Shown: positions 8,691 to 17,367 of the stretch, piece after piece | How the letters are laid out: the number at the start of each line of letters is the position of its first letter | Position numbering within the stretch: the first letter of the stretch is position 1 | Virus record (IMG/VR): IMGVR_UViG_2563366888_000019 | Location: 1-40,901 of that record | Length of the DNA stretch: 40,901 nucleotides | Direction: 5' to 3' (one strand) | Origin: a virus | Taxonomy: Duplodnaviria; Heunggongvirae; Uroviricota; Caudoviricetes | Notes under the pieces: generated by a model | Seen by the model: only the letters and a program-made list of their open reading frames with translations | Database searches by the model: none | What the model was told of the DNA's origin: nothing | Position numbers and translations under genes: made by a program

Positions 8691-9023
8691 ATGCCTGATT
8701 TATCTTGGCTTGCGCCCAGAGATGCACAGCAATTGACAAGGTTTTATTTCATACTGTGCATTGCTTATCTTGCTGTTCATCTGATATGGGATGCCGTTTG
8801 CAAAGATACGCCTCCTTTTTCTTTGGATAAGTTGCAATACAAGATGAATGAGGTTTATTCATCATCTACTTTTGCAACCAGCGCATTCTTCATTGTTATT
8901 CTGTTCGATATGAAGAATCCACTGAGAACTTCAGATGCTTTCATATTCCCATTAATTATTGCTGCTCTAACTGGCTTTATGATCTCATTATCAGCAATAG
9001 TGCCAAAGAAAGTAAATAACTGA
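8691..9023 (+). CDS. 3-TM membrane protein (110 aa), possible immunity or partner protein
   Basis: start 2 nt after stop of 8501..8689; three hydrophobic helices; terminator follows. Confidence 0.5.
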   Translation: MPDLSWLAPRDAQQLTRFYFILCIAYLAVHLIWDAVCKDTPPFSLDKLQYKMNEVYSSSTFATSAFFIVILFDMKNPLRTSDAFIFPLIIAALTGFMISLSAIVPKKVNN

Positions 9024-9026
9024 ATA

Positions 9027-9049
9027 AGCCCGCGTTGCGGGCTTTTTTA
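9027..9049 (+). terminator. rho-independent terminator
   Basis: AAGCCCGC-GTTG-GCGGGCTT stem-loop plus T6. Confidence 0.7.
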
Positions 9050-9120
9050 TGGACGAAACAAAAGTCAGTGCTACACTCATTGACGCCACATTGAGGTGGT
9101 TTATAGATGGAAATTTCACA

Positions 9121-9282
9121 ATGAAAAAAGCATTTGCTGCACTGTTCGTTTTGTTGTCTCTGGTAGCTTCAACTCAGGCCTTTGCCGGTCGTTGTCAGCA
9201 CGACAGCGACACTGCTGCTGACGGCTCCCGCTGCGGTGGGCGTTCTGCGGATTCCCGCCCAGGCGGCGGTGGCATTCGTTAA
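9121..9282 (+). CDS. small secreted Gly/Arg-rich peptide precursor (53 aa)
   Basis: Sec-type signal peptide ending AFA; mature ~31 aa with 2 Cys; TTGACG-N16-TATAGA promoter-like upstream; weak SD. Confidence 0.35.
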   Translation: MKKAFAALFVLLSLVASTQAFAGRCQHDSDTAADGSRCGGRSADSRPGGGGIR

Positions 9283-9288
9283 AAACAA

Positions 9289-9304
9289 GGCCGCGAAAGC
9301 GGCC
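9289..9304. terminator. hairpin GGCCGCGAAAGCGGCC (copy 2 of 2)
   Basis: identical to 6231..6246; between convergent 9121..9282 and 9319..9768. Confidence 0.55.
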
Positions 9305-9318
9305 TGTGACATGTCACG

Positions 9319-9768
9319 CTACTTGCGAAATCTTTCTTTACCCTTCCAGCCAGTAGATGTTAGTTCAGGATGAATGGTTCCCAATATAAAGCCAACCATA
9401 GCGGAGCGAGGATCTTCTATTTTATCCGTTAATTCTTCGGCATAACTCACAGGCAACCAAGCAACAAGATCACCAATCCTCAGCTTTGGTCCTTTGCTGT
9501 AAGATGAATCGGCAATAACAAAAAATCCACCATCAGCTGAGCACACCTTCAGCATTGCCCTTTGTCTTCCAGAATCTAGCAAAACTGGCTGTTCCCCACT
9601 TGGACCAGGTATGATGATGGCTGGCATTGGTTTATTGGCTGAAAGGCTTGTGTCAAGATACTTACACGCATACTCAAAAGCTGAAAAGTTATCCTTAAAG
9701 ATAAGAGGTTGAATTTTATTGCTAACCTCCTTACCACCGATTAATCTGTTGATCATCTTCTTGAACAT
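9319..9768 (-). CDS. hypothetical protein (149 aa)
   Basis: AGGTGA SD before ATG 9768; no recognisable motif; part of cargo island. Confidence 0.5.
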   Translation of the reverse strand: MFKKMINRLIGGKEVSNKIQPLIFKDNFSAFEYACKYLDTSLSANKPMPAIIIPGPSGEQPVLLDSGRQRAMLKVCSADGGFFVIADSSYSKGPKLRIGDLVAWLPVSYAEELTDKIEDPRSAMVGFILGTIHPELTSTGWKGKERFRK

Positions 9769-9780
9769 AAAGGTCACCTA

Positions 9781-10221
9781 ATGATTAAGCCGATGCACGC
9801 TATTACAGCTACCGTTTTGTTTATCCTACCAATTTTTTCGTTTGCAAACGACATATGTTTTAAGAATTTAATAAATGAGGATATGTGTGCACATGCAAAC
9901 AAAATTGCATCAGAAGCAGGAAAGTCACTTCCCATAAAATTGAATGATAATATGTCTATTGTTTCAATAAATGCAATACTAAACAAACTTTTAGTTGTAG
10001 CGCATCTTAATTACAACAACAGCTATTTATCAAAAGTTTATAACGGTGATGTAACCTTAGAAAATAAATTAAAGAGTGTAATGCGAAATTATTCAAAATC
10101 GAGCATTTGCTCCAACAGGCAAATGAAAGCATTTATTCACCTTGGCGGAGAGATTGAATATAGATATGTATTTAGTGATGGCAATATATTTGATACATAC
10201 GCCATCACTAATTGTGAATAG
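9781..10221 (+). CDS. secreted hypothetical protein (146 aa), very AT-rich
   Basis: N-terminal signal peptide; Asn/Ile/Lys-rich; composition unlike the flanking structural genes. Confidence 0.5.
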   Translation: MIKPMHAITATVLFILPIFSFANDICFKNLINEDMCAHANKIASEAGKSLPIKLNDNMSIVSINAILNKLLVVAHLNYNNSYLSKVYNGDVTLENKLKSVMRNYSKSSICSNRQMKAFIHLGGEIEYRYVFSDGNIFDTYAITNCE

Positions 10222-13200
10222 CTATTTCATCTGCTCTTCAACTTTATTTAGTAACGGTGATATCGCCCACAGGTTCTGAAAAGGTAGCATTTTACGGACC
10301 GCGTGGGTTTGCTGGCTGTCAAATTCTCCGTTAAGTACACCATTCGCAACCGTCGCGGCATCACCGCCAAGATCAAAGGTAGGACCAAGTAAAGCACCAA
10401 TAGCATTACGACTCTGAAACCTTGATACCGGAGGCGCACCAAACATCGCGCCAAGACCAAACCTACCGCCGCTTATGTTCTCAACGGTATTCAGCGGCTC
10501 AGAGAGCCAGCCAAGCATTCCGCCCCGGTCGATCCCCTCTTTCACAAGGTTATTCCAGCTGTAGTCGATATCGCGACCGCTTAACTTCTGTTTCATCATA
10601 TAGACCATTGAGCCAAGCGCAATCGTGCCAAGCGCACCAAGATAGAATGCAGCATCGCCCTGCTGGATACCAGATACTAGCACCCTGTTATGCTGTGCGA
10701 AGATAAACGTTTTGAACTGCGTGATCATCTTCCAGCCTTCTTTACTAAAAAACAGCGGTGTATCACCTACGCCAGGCGTTACAATCACTGAGTCTACATC
10801 TTTCAGCACTGCAGACTGGAAAATCTCTCTAGCGAAACGGTCATCCCACAGATGACTATGCCCGGTTAACAGCCCGTCCATATCCTCTCCGTGCTTCCCG
10901 AATTGCTCCCCGATTCGGCGCAGAACATCTTCATTGATGCCGACCTGTGCCATCTTCCGCATTTCACTTTTGGAGAGCGTGCCACCAGCAGAAACTTGGC
11001 GAGCCGCGTCAAGTATCCTCGACTGCACTATCATCCCGGACCATGATTTAAGTGCGCTGTTCCACTGATTCATCAGCGTCCAGTTACCGAATTTCTGCGT
11101 CATCCAGTTCAGACCTCGCTCAGCGGCGCTTCTCCGGCTATAGGGGTCAGTAAGATCCGCTATAGCCTTTGTACGCGTAGACAGGACATAATCAAGCCCA
11201 ACGGCCATTTCTCGCAAATCCCTGGTTGCAATTTTCACTGAGTCCATATTTTTAAGCATGCTTACCATTGGTCCGAGAGATTTTCTCAGGCCATGCTGCA
11301 TCATCGGTCGCATCAGATCAGTTGCAGCGGAGACAGTCATTCCACCAAGCAAACGGAGGAAGTTAATATTCCTAGCAACTCGCCCGGCACGAACAAAGAA
11401 ACTGCGTGGATCTTGAGGTGCACCGTAAGTACCAAGCAGTCGATCACGCATAGCCGTAATATCCCTAATATCAGCCTCCCGTTGCTTCTCAAGAACTGCA
11501 CGTCGTTTAGGTGTTTTAGCCTCTTTTATTAGCCGGGTATATTCCTCACTAACCTGACGGATTTGCTCCCCCATATCTTTACGGCCAAACTGCGCAGTCA
11601 GCTCAATTTCTGGTGCCACCTGCCGGAGATAACTTTCCATGATGTAGTTAACATCTGATTCAAGAAAATCTTCTATACGCTCATCAGGAATAAGCAGCGT
11701 TCTGCTTTTAGTGAAACCAGCCCGACCAACGAGTCTCTCTGGGATAATATCGGCTGGTACAAGCCCGGAAGGTGCGCCTATTATTTTATTCACGATCTCG
11801 TCAGCAGCGTCCTCTGCTTCCTCTCGGGATAGAGGCTCCATCTGCTTCAGTGCTCGTTCGCGGCTTGCATTCAGCCTTGTGGTTGAATTTGCCCGTTTTT
11901 GCAGTCGGCGAAGCTCAGAACGATATTTCCGTGGATTATCCAGCAACTCCATATGGCGCTGATAGACAGGAAGCTCACTCTTTGCCTGCGCTATATCATC
12001 AAGGCGTGTTTTAAGGTCAGAGCTTTCTTTCATCATTCTTGCCTGAAGTTTTTCTGATGAAGTCTCGGCCAACTCTTTTTCTATTCTTGTAAGACGCGCC
12101 TGTGTGTCAGTCTCCTGAGATATAAGCTTATTTCGTTTATCCAGTTCTTCCATGAGTAGAATTTTTTTACCAGACCATTTCTCCGCTTCAGCGATTTCAC
12201 TAGCGAGAGCATCAGCGCGCGGTGCCGATTCCTCTGCAGTTTTTAGCAATGAATTTATCCTTTCAATTCGCTGACCTGCTTTGTCAGCACCTTTGGCACT
12301 AATCCCTTGTATCCAGTTGGCAATTCGCCCTCTGAATTCAGTGCGGTCGGAAAGTATCTTATCGAACTTATAAATGCGGGGAAGATAACTTTTCGCCGTC
12401 ACGACATCGATATCCTCAGGAAGGATCCCCAGTTCCTGCATACGGGCTTTTGTGGTCTCGAAAATGGGGCGGATTCTGGCGGCTGCTTGTGAAACCTCAG
12501 GAATATCACTCTGATCACCACGGCGCATAGCCATGCCAACAGCTTCATTGAAATCAATAAAGTTCATCCTCTTCACGCCGCGGGCGCTAACAGATTTGCT
12601 GTACTGCTGGTAAGCATCACGAGTGGCTTCCATCTGCTTATAAAGCATGGCGTCGTATTGCTTAATCTTAGTCTCGACTGCCGTAAACGTAGCCAACCCC
12701 TCATCATTTTTGGCGAAGAAATAGTTATTTTCGGCAAGCTGCTGGTTAATCTGACGGGAGACAAGAGATGGTGATTGAGCCAAGCGGCCAGCAGGAGTGA
12801 CACTCAACGTTTTGTTAGCAAGTCCAAGTCCAGCGAGCTGTTCCTGATCGAGTGTGGTATTGAAAACCTGAGCTGCACCAATGCTTTGAGGAGAATCCAT
12901 ACCTCGCAAATGATTACCTACTGAGTTAACCACTGCCTCGCGCGCGCTAGGTCCAGCAAGTAGCTGTGCACCAGCACCAAGGATCCCACCAACGAGAGCA
13001 TCAACAACAACGTTCGATACGCTCTCCATCGGTGAGCGAGCTTCCTGAGTGGCCTGTAATGCGGCTTCTGATACTCCCCCACCAGCAGCATTCGCCAGGG
13101 CAAAACGCCCTGCCGTCTCAGCAATACTTCCTCCACGCGCTACCGCCCCTACAGGGATAAACATTGCAGCCACATTAACCGGGTCTATCATTCCCATTGC

Positions 13201-13611
13201 TAAGCTTGAAATAGTACCAGCACCACCCATTTCAGATAGATATTCTCTATCTGTTCTTTGCTTATCGATTCGATGTTTAATTGCCATTGTTTCTTCATGC
13301 GAACCGGAGTTGATAAACGAATCTGCAAAATCTTCATAGCCTTTAATATCTGCTGCATCGTTATCAAATGGGTTATATCCTTCAACCCTGTCAAACTGAC
13401 TGAAAGGAGCACTGGCAATAAAGCTACCCAGCGTGTTATCTATACGAAATGCTGCTTGTCTAGACCTTTGAACGCGTTGATCACTGGTAAATGGGTTCAC
13501 AGCAGAAAGCAAAGAAGGTGTTTCCATATAGAAATTACTGTCATCAGGTGCTGCTATTTGCTGAATATCCTCGCCAAGCAACTCTTTAGGATCCTGTTCA
13601 TATATCGGCAT
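10222..13611 (-). CDS. large internal virion / ejection protein, gp16-like by position (1129 aa)
   Basis: size and position downstream of gp15-like gene; ATG overlaps upstream stop; coiled-coil-rich. Confidence 0.55.
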   Translation of the reverse strand: MPIYEQDPKELLGEDIQQIAAPDDSNFYMETPSLLSAVNPFTSDQRVQRSRQAAFRIDNTLGSFIASAPFSQFDRVEGYNPFDNDAADIKGYEDFADSFINSGSHEETMAIKHRIDKQRTDREYLSEMGGAGTISSLAMGMIDPVNVAAMFIPVGAVARGGSIAETAGRFALANAAGGGVSEAALQATQEARSPMESVSNVVVDALVGGILGAGAQLLAGPSAREAVVNSVGNHLRGMDSPQSIGAAQVFNTTLDQEQLAGLGLANKTLSVTPAGRLAQSPSLVSRQINQQLAENNYFFAKNDEGLATFTAVETKIKQYDAMLYKQMEATRDAYQQYSKSVSARGVKRMNFIDFNEAVGMAMRRGDQSDIPEVSQAAARIRPIFETTKARMQELGILPEDIDVVTAKSYLPRIYKFDKILSDRTEFRGRIANWIQGISAKGADKAGQRIERINSLLKTAEESAPRADALASEIAEAEKWSGKKILLMEELDKRNKLISQETDTQARLTRIEKELAETSSEKLQARMMKESSDLKTRLDDIAQAKSELPVYQRHMELLDNPRKYRSELRRLQKRANSTTRLNASRERALKQMEPLSREEAEDAADEIVNKIIGAPSGLVPADIIPERLVGRAGFTKSRTLLIPDERIEDFLESDVNYIMESYLRQVAPEIELTAQFGRKDMGEQIRQVSEEYTRLIKEAKTPKRRAVLEKQREADIRDITAMRDRLLGTYGAPQDPRSFFVRAGRVARNINFLRLLGGMTVSAATDLMRPMMQHGLRKSLGPMVSMLKNMDSVKIATRDLREMAVGLDYVLSTRTKAIADLTDPYSRRSAAERGLNWMTQKFGNWTLMNQWNSALKSWSGMIVQSRILDAARQVSAGGTLSKSEMRKMAQVGINEDVLRRIGEQFGKHGEDMDGLLTGHSHLWDDRFAREIFQSAVLKDVDSVIVTPGVGDTPLFFSKEGWKMITQFKTFIFAQHNRVLVSGIQQGDAAFYLGALGTIALGSMVYMMKQKLSGRDIDYSWNNLVKEGIDRGGMLGWLSEPLNTVENISGGRFGLGAMFGAPPVSRFQSRNAIGALLGPTFDLGGDAATVANGVLNGEFDSQQTHAVRKMLPFQNLWAISPLLNKVEEQMK

Positions 13612-16358
13612 TATTTGCCCCCTGCGTATATATTGCTCGGAAGGTAATTGGCTGAACCATAACCGAATGGTTTGGTCAGATCTGGAGGAGTATATCCATC
13701 TTTATTGCTGAACTGCGGCAGCGGATTGCCTTCTCTCCGCACTCTAGCCTCATCAACACGCTGTTGCTGGAACTGAATGGTTTGCCTGTACATTGGAGAT
13801 GTCAGCTGATCCGGCTTGAAACGAACAGGGAGACCATTTTCTCCAATATAATTTCTCGGTTCTATCGCTCCGTTTGCGTCAGGCTGTAAAACCATAACAG
13901 CATAACTCCTATCCCTTGCCGTAAGGCCATCAGAAACAAGTATTAAGTCCGTATCACTGCGAGGACCGCCAAAGGATTTTGATTTAAGCTCGCGTTTTTC
14001 CTGCTCCCACTGCCCCTGTATCCAGTTACCAGCACCATTATTTACTCCGTACAATGCCTCAGGTGCATACTTCATAACCTCTGCTTTGCCATTAACCGTA
14101 GAAACTCCCCAGGTGGTTCTGATCATGGCATTGGTCATTTTCTCAGCCTGTTCTGCATCGCCACCTGTCTGTACAAAGTTAGCATCGTAAATTGTCTGGT
14201 AATCTCGCTGATAGGCCGCATTTGATTTTCCTGGATCGGTAATATCCGGAGACCACGAACCAAAGGAAGTCAGACTGCTGGCGTTATTTTGTGCAGCAGT
14301 TGCCCTCGCCGCGACATATTTTTTGTCTCGCATGGCAGTGGAAAGCATCTGTTTCATTCGGTCATCCTGTTGGAACACCTGGCTGTAAGCCATATCAACA
14401 GCCTTATCCTCCGGCACGCCAGCGCGGGAATAATCGTAAACCTTGCCGTAAAATGCCATCGTACTTTTATCAAGTGTTGCCGCTGCCGCCGGATTATTAT
14501 CGAATAACTGACCGTAGAATTTTGCCATCGGGACAACCAGCGCAGGATCTCTTGATGTTGCTCCACTGTTAAGCATTGTTTTAACCTGAGTTGGTATCAT
14601 GCCGCTTTTAGTTGTGACGGTGACCAGTGTATTGATGCTCTGCGGATCAGATATGGAAAACGAAGGCGCGATATCCTGCGCGAAATAACGGTCTACCGCT
14701 GCCTGATTGTTTTTGTCGTTCGGGTCCAGCGGGAAGTTATTTTGCATTGAAGACACGAACCTGTTTCTTCCCTGCTGAATCTCCCACTCCCTATCCATCT
14801 CTTTAAATTTGGCCTGCATTTTCTCCCAGCGTTGCTGGTTAGCTGCAAATCCAGGAGCATTTGGATCCTGTGGACGTAAACGTTCAAGAATGTCTTGTCG
14901 TCCTTCTGGAGTGAGGTCTTTAGCGGCACCAATGACACCTCCATATTGTATCTGCGCCTGCATATCCTTCCACTTCATAGCGCCAATGCGCGGACCATTG
15001 GCCCGGATAAAATCGTCCTCAGAAGGTAACTTCTCAGGTTTCAATCCTTCATCAAGGGCTGAATATGCATCTTTAACTACGGTGCTAAGCTGGTCCGCAT
15101 ACTGCTGGCGGTACTGATTTCTCAGCTCATTAGCCTGCCTCAATGCCTGTATTTGCATTTGAGGGCTCATAGCATCAAATGCCGCATTGCCCGTATAACG
15201 CTTAGGTGAATCAAGGTTAGTTAGACCAAGGGCTGCCGAGATACCAGTTTCAAGCTGTTCGGTGCTATAAGGCATACTGCCATTTTCGTGTTTAATAATC
15301 CCAGCACATAAAGCAGCTAGTGTCTTTGGGCTAGAGATATCAAGCTGATCATTCTCCCCAACACCAAGCTCACCACACAATGCCCTAATATAAGCATCAG
15401 TATTATTACCATCACTAGCCGGAGCATAGCGATTAACAATCTCGCTAACGGTGTCATAGCCTTGACGCTGGTAAGACAACATATTTTTACCCAACGCGCG
15501 GATTCCATGCTCAGGGGTAGCAAACGTTGCAAAACGTCCATCGCTACCGATCTGACCTTCCCACGGGTTAGATTTGCTCGCTTCAATATTACCAGGGTTA
15601 TTATTACGTAAACCACGAGCATCCAATGAATTACCATGTGATATTGCACGACTCACACCATCAAGATCCCCTGGCTCTCCATTAACCTGAAGAAACTCGT
15701 TGTATTTTTGAGCGATATTTCCTATCCATGCTTGCTGCCCCATTTGTTCCTTGAGCTGAGTTTTCTGCTGAACACGCCACTCATCAGGAAGCCCATGCGC
15801 ATCAGCGTATTGATCAATAGATTCAAATCGCTGCTTGGCTAAATCGACAAATGCTTGGTTATCGCTATATAGCCCCGCAGACTGAGTGACAGCCAATGCA
15901 TTTCCTGACAAATACGTTTGATCTTGGAATTGCTGAAACTGCCCAACTTCATATCGACGTGCCTGATTGTAATAAGACTGCATAGACTGCTGGAGTTGAA
16001 AGGATAATTTATTCCTTTCCTCACTTTCAGGAATTGAGCCTAATAATGCCTGAGCCCTTTCCTGCATATTTTTCATAACAGCGTCACTCTGACCAAGAGC
16101 GTTTTTACCCTGTTTAGAAATCAGCCCACTTTCAGGGTTGTTAATCTGGTCATCTGCAAATTGGTTAAATTGCAGTAACGCCTCCTGGGACATAGCAACA
16201 TTCGCTTTCTGCCTGGCTTCACCATATGCCACCGCATACTGATCTGCGACATTCGCCAGCACCTGACCTGCTTGAGGAACATCGAAGATCTGAAAACCAC
16301 CGGTTTGCACACCACGACTTTGCACCTGACGTCCGGATACTGTTGGTACGACTGGCAT
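13611..16358 (-). CDS. internal virion / ejection protein, gp15-like by position (915 aa)
   Basis: ATG at 16358 overlaps upstream stop (TAATG) with GGAGG SD; track start at 16433 is an upstream extension. Confidence 0.55.
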   Translation of the reverse strand: MPVVPTVSGRQVQSRGVQTGGFQIFDVPQAGQVLANVADQYAVAYGEARQKANVAMSQEALLQFNQFADDQINNPESGLISKQGKNALGQSDAVMKNMQERAQALLGSIPESEERNKLSFQLQQSMQSYYNQARRYEVGQFQQFQDQTYLSGNALAVTQSAGLYSDNQAFVDLAKQRFESIDQYADAHGLPDEWRVQQKTQLKEQMGQQAWIGNIAQKYNEFLQVNGEPGDLDGVSRAISHGNSLDARGLRNNNPGNIEASKSNPWEGQIGSDGRFATFATPEHGIRALGKNMLSYQRQGYDTVSEIVNRYAPASDGNNTDAYIRALCGELGVGENDQLDISSPKTLAALCAGIIKHENGSMPYSTEQLETGISAALGLTNLDSPKRYTGNAAFDAMSPQMQIQALRQANELRNQYRQQYADQLSTVVKDAYSALDEGLKPEKLPSEDDFIRANGPRIGAMKWKDMQAQIQYGGVIGAAKDLTPEGRQDILERLRPQDPNAPGFAANQQRWEKMQAKFKEMDREWEIQQGRNRFVSSMQNNFPLDPNDKNNQAAVDRYFAQDIAPSFSISDPQSINTLVTVTTKSGMIPTQVKTMLNSGATSRDPALVVPMAKFYGQLFDNNPAAAATLDKSTMAFYGKVYDYSRAGVPEDKAVDMAYSQVFQQDDRMKQMLSTAMRDKKYVAARATAAQNNASSLTSFGSWSPDITDPGKSNAAYQRDYQTIYDANFVQTGGDAEQAEKMTNAMIRTTWGVSTVNGKAEVMKYAPEALYGVNNGAGNWIQGQWEQEKRELKSKSFGGPRSDTDLILVSDGLTARDRSYAVMVLQPDANGAIEPRNYIGENGLPVRFKPDQLTSPMYRQTIQFQQQRVDEARVRREGNPLPQFSNKDGYTPPDLTKPFGYGSANYLPSNIYAGGK

Positions 16359-16903
16359 TATAATCCTCCGGGTAATCTGGTTCCTGCTGCTGCCCCGATT
16401 GGCGCAGGAGTGCTTTGAGTAAACGGACTCCACGTCCCACCAAACATCTGGTACGCACCGTATGCCTTCAGAGGCGCAGTGAGCAATGTTGTTGCTGCTC
16501 CCACATTCCCCTGTTTACGGGCTGAACTGGCTTCTGCTTTATAGTTGGCAGCCTGAACCTGATAACCGTAAGCCTCGCGTTGCGCGTTATTCACCGTCGT
16601 CAGCGAATCAAGAGCGCCAAACTGGGCAGTGTCGCCAAATATATCCAGCGCGTTACCTGTAGATAAATCAGCGCCGGTAGCCCCCATTGTCGCCGCCTGT
16701 GTACCAAGCCGCTGTCGGGTCTCTCTGCGTCGTTGCTCAGCTTCAGCGTTACCTCTGTTTATTGCATCATTTGCCTGAGCTGTGGCTATATCTGCGTTCG
16801 CTTCTGCAACCTTCGAGGCATACTTTCCCTGTTGGTACTGGGTGTATGCCTGAATGCCACTCATGGCGAGCATTGCGCCACCAGCAATAACCGGATCGCA
16901 CAT
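16358..16903 (-). CDS. internal virion protein, gp14-like by position (181 aa)
   Basis: Ala/Gln/Gly-rich; translationally coupled chain. Confidence 0.45.
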   Translation of the reverse strand: MCDPVIAGGAMLAMSGIQAYTQYQQGKYASKVAEANADIATAQANDAINRGNAEAEQRRRETRQRLGTQAATMGATGADLSTGNALDIFGDTAQFGALDSLTTVNNAQREAYGYQVQAANYKAEASSARKQGNVGAATTLLTAPLKAYGAYQMFGGTWSPFTQSTPAPIGAAAGTRLPGGL

Positions 16904-17367
16904 TATTTTCTCTCCATGTGAAATCTGTGGAAATTAAGACCAAGAGCACCATAAGGCGCGGCTTCTTCAAGCCTGAACCCAAGCCAGTGCAGCCATGCTT
17001 TGGCAACATGGTTTCGCTCGTCGACGTAGTTTTCCAGGCGCGGATAAACTGCCAGCATCTGCTGCAATACAGGGCGGCAGTGGCGCAGAAATGTCTTCTG
17101 ATATTTTTCAATACGGCTGGTTCCTACCAGCCAGGGCGTACCATTGCCACCGATCATTGACGCCGGAGATACACCAAACATGGTTACCAGTTCTCCGTTC
17201 GCGAACCCTGACCAGGCCATAGTCGCAGTGCGAAGACCAACGCGCAGCGCATCTTCGGTAGTCATCAGCGATACCGCATACAGTTCGTCAATATCAGCCT
17301 GACGAACATCCGGCAAAATCATCTGAAGATGCTCTTCGGTAGCGGGAATAATTTGAACATCGATCAT
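16903..17367 (-). CDS. virion-module protein (154 aa)
   Basis: ATGA overlap with upstream gene. Confidence 0.45.
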   Translation of the reverse strand: MIDVQIIPATEEHLQMILPDVRQADIDELYAVSLMTTEDALRVGLRTATMAWSGFANGELVTMFGVSPASMIGGNGTPWLVGTSRIEKYQKTFLRHCRPVLQQMLAVYPRLENYVDERNHVAKAWLHWLGFRLEEAAPYGALGLNFHRFHMERK

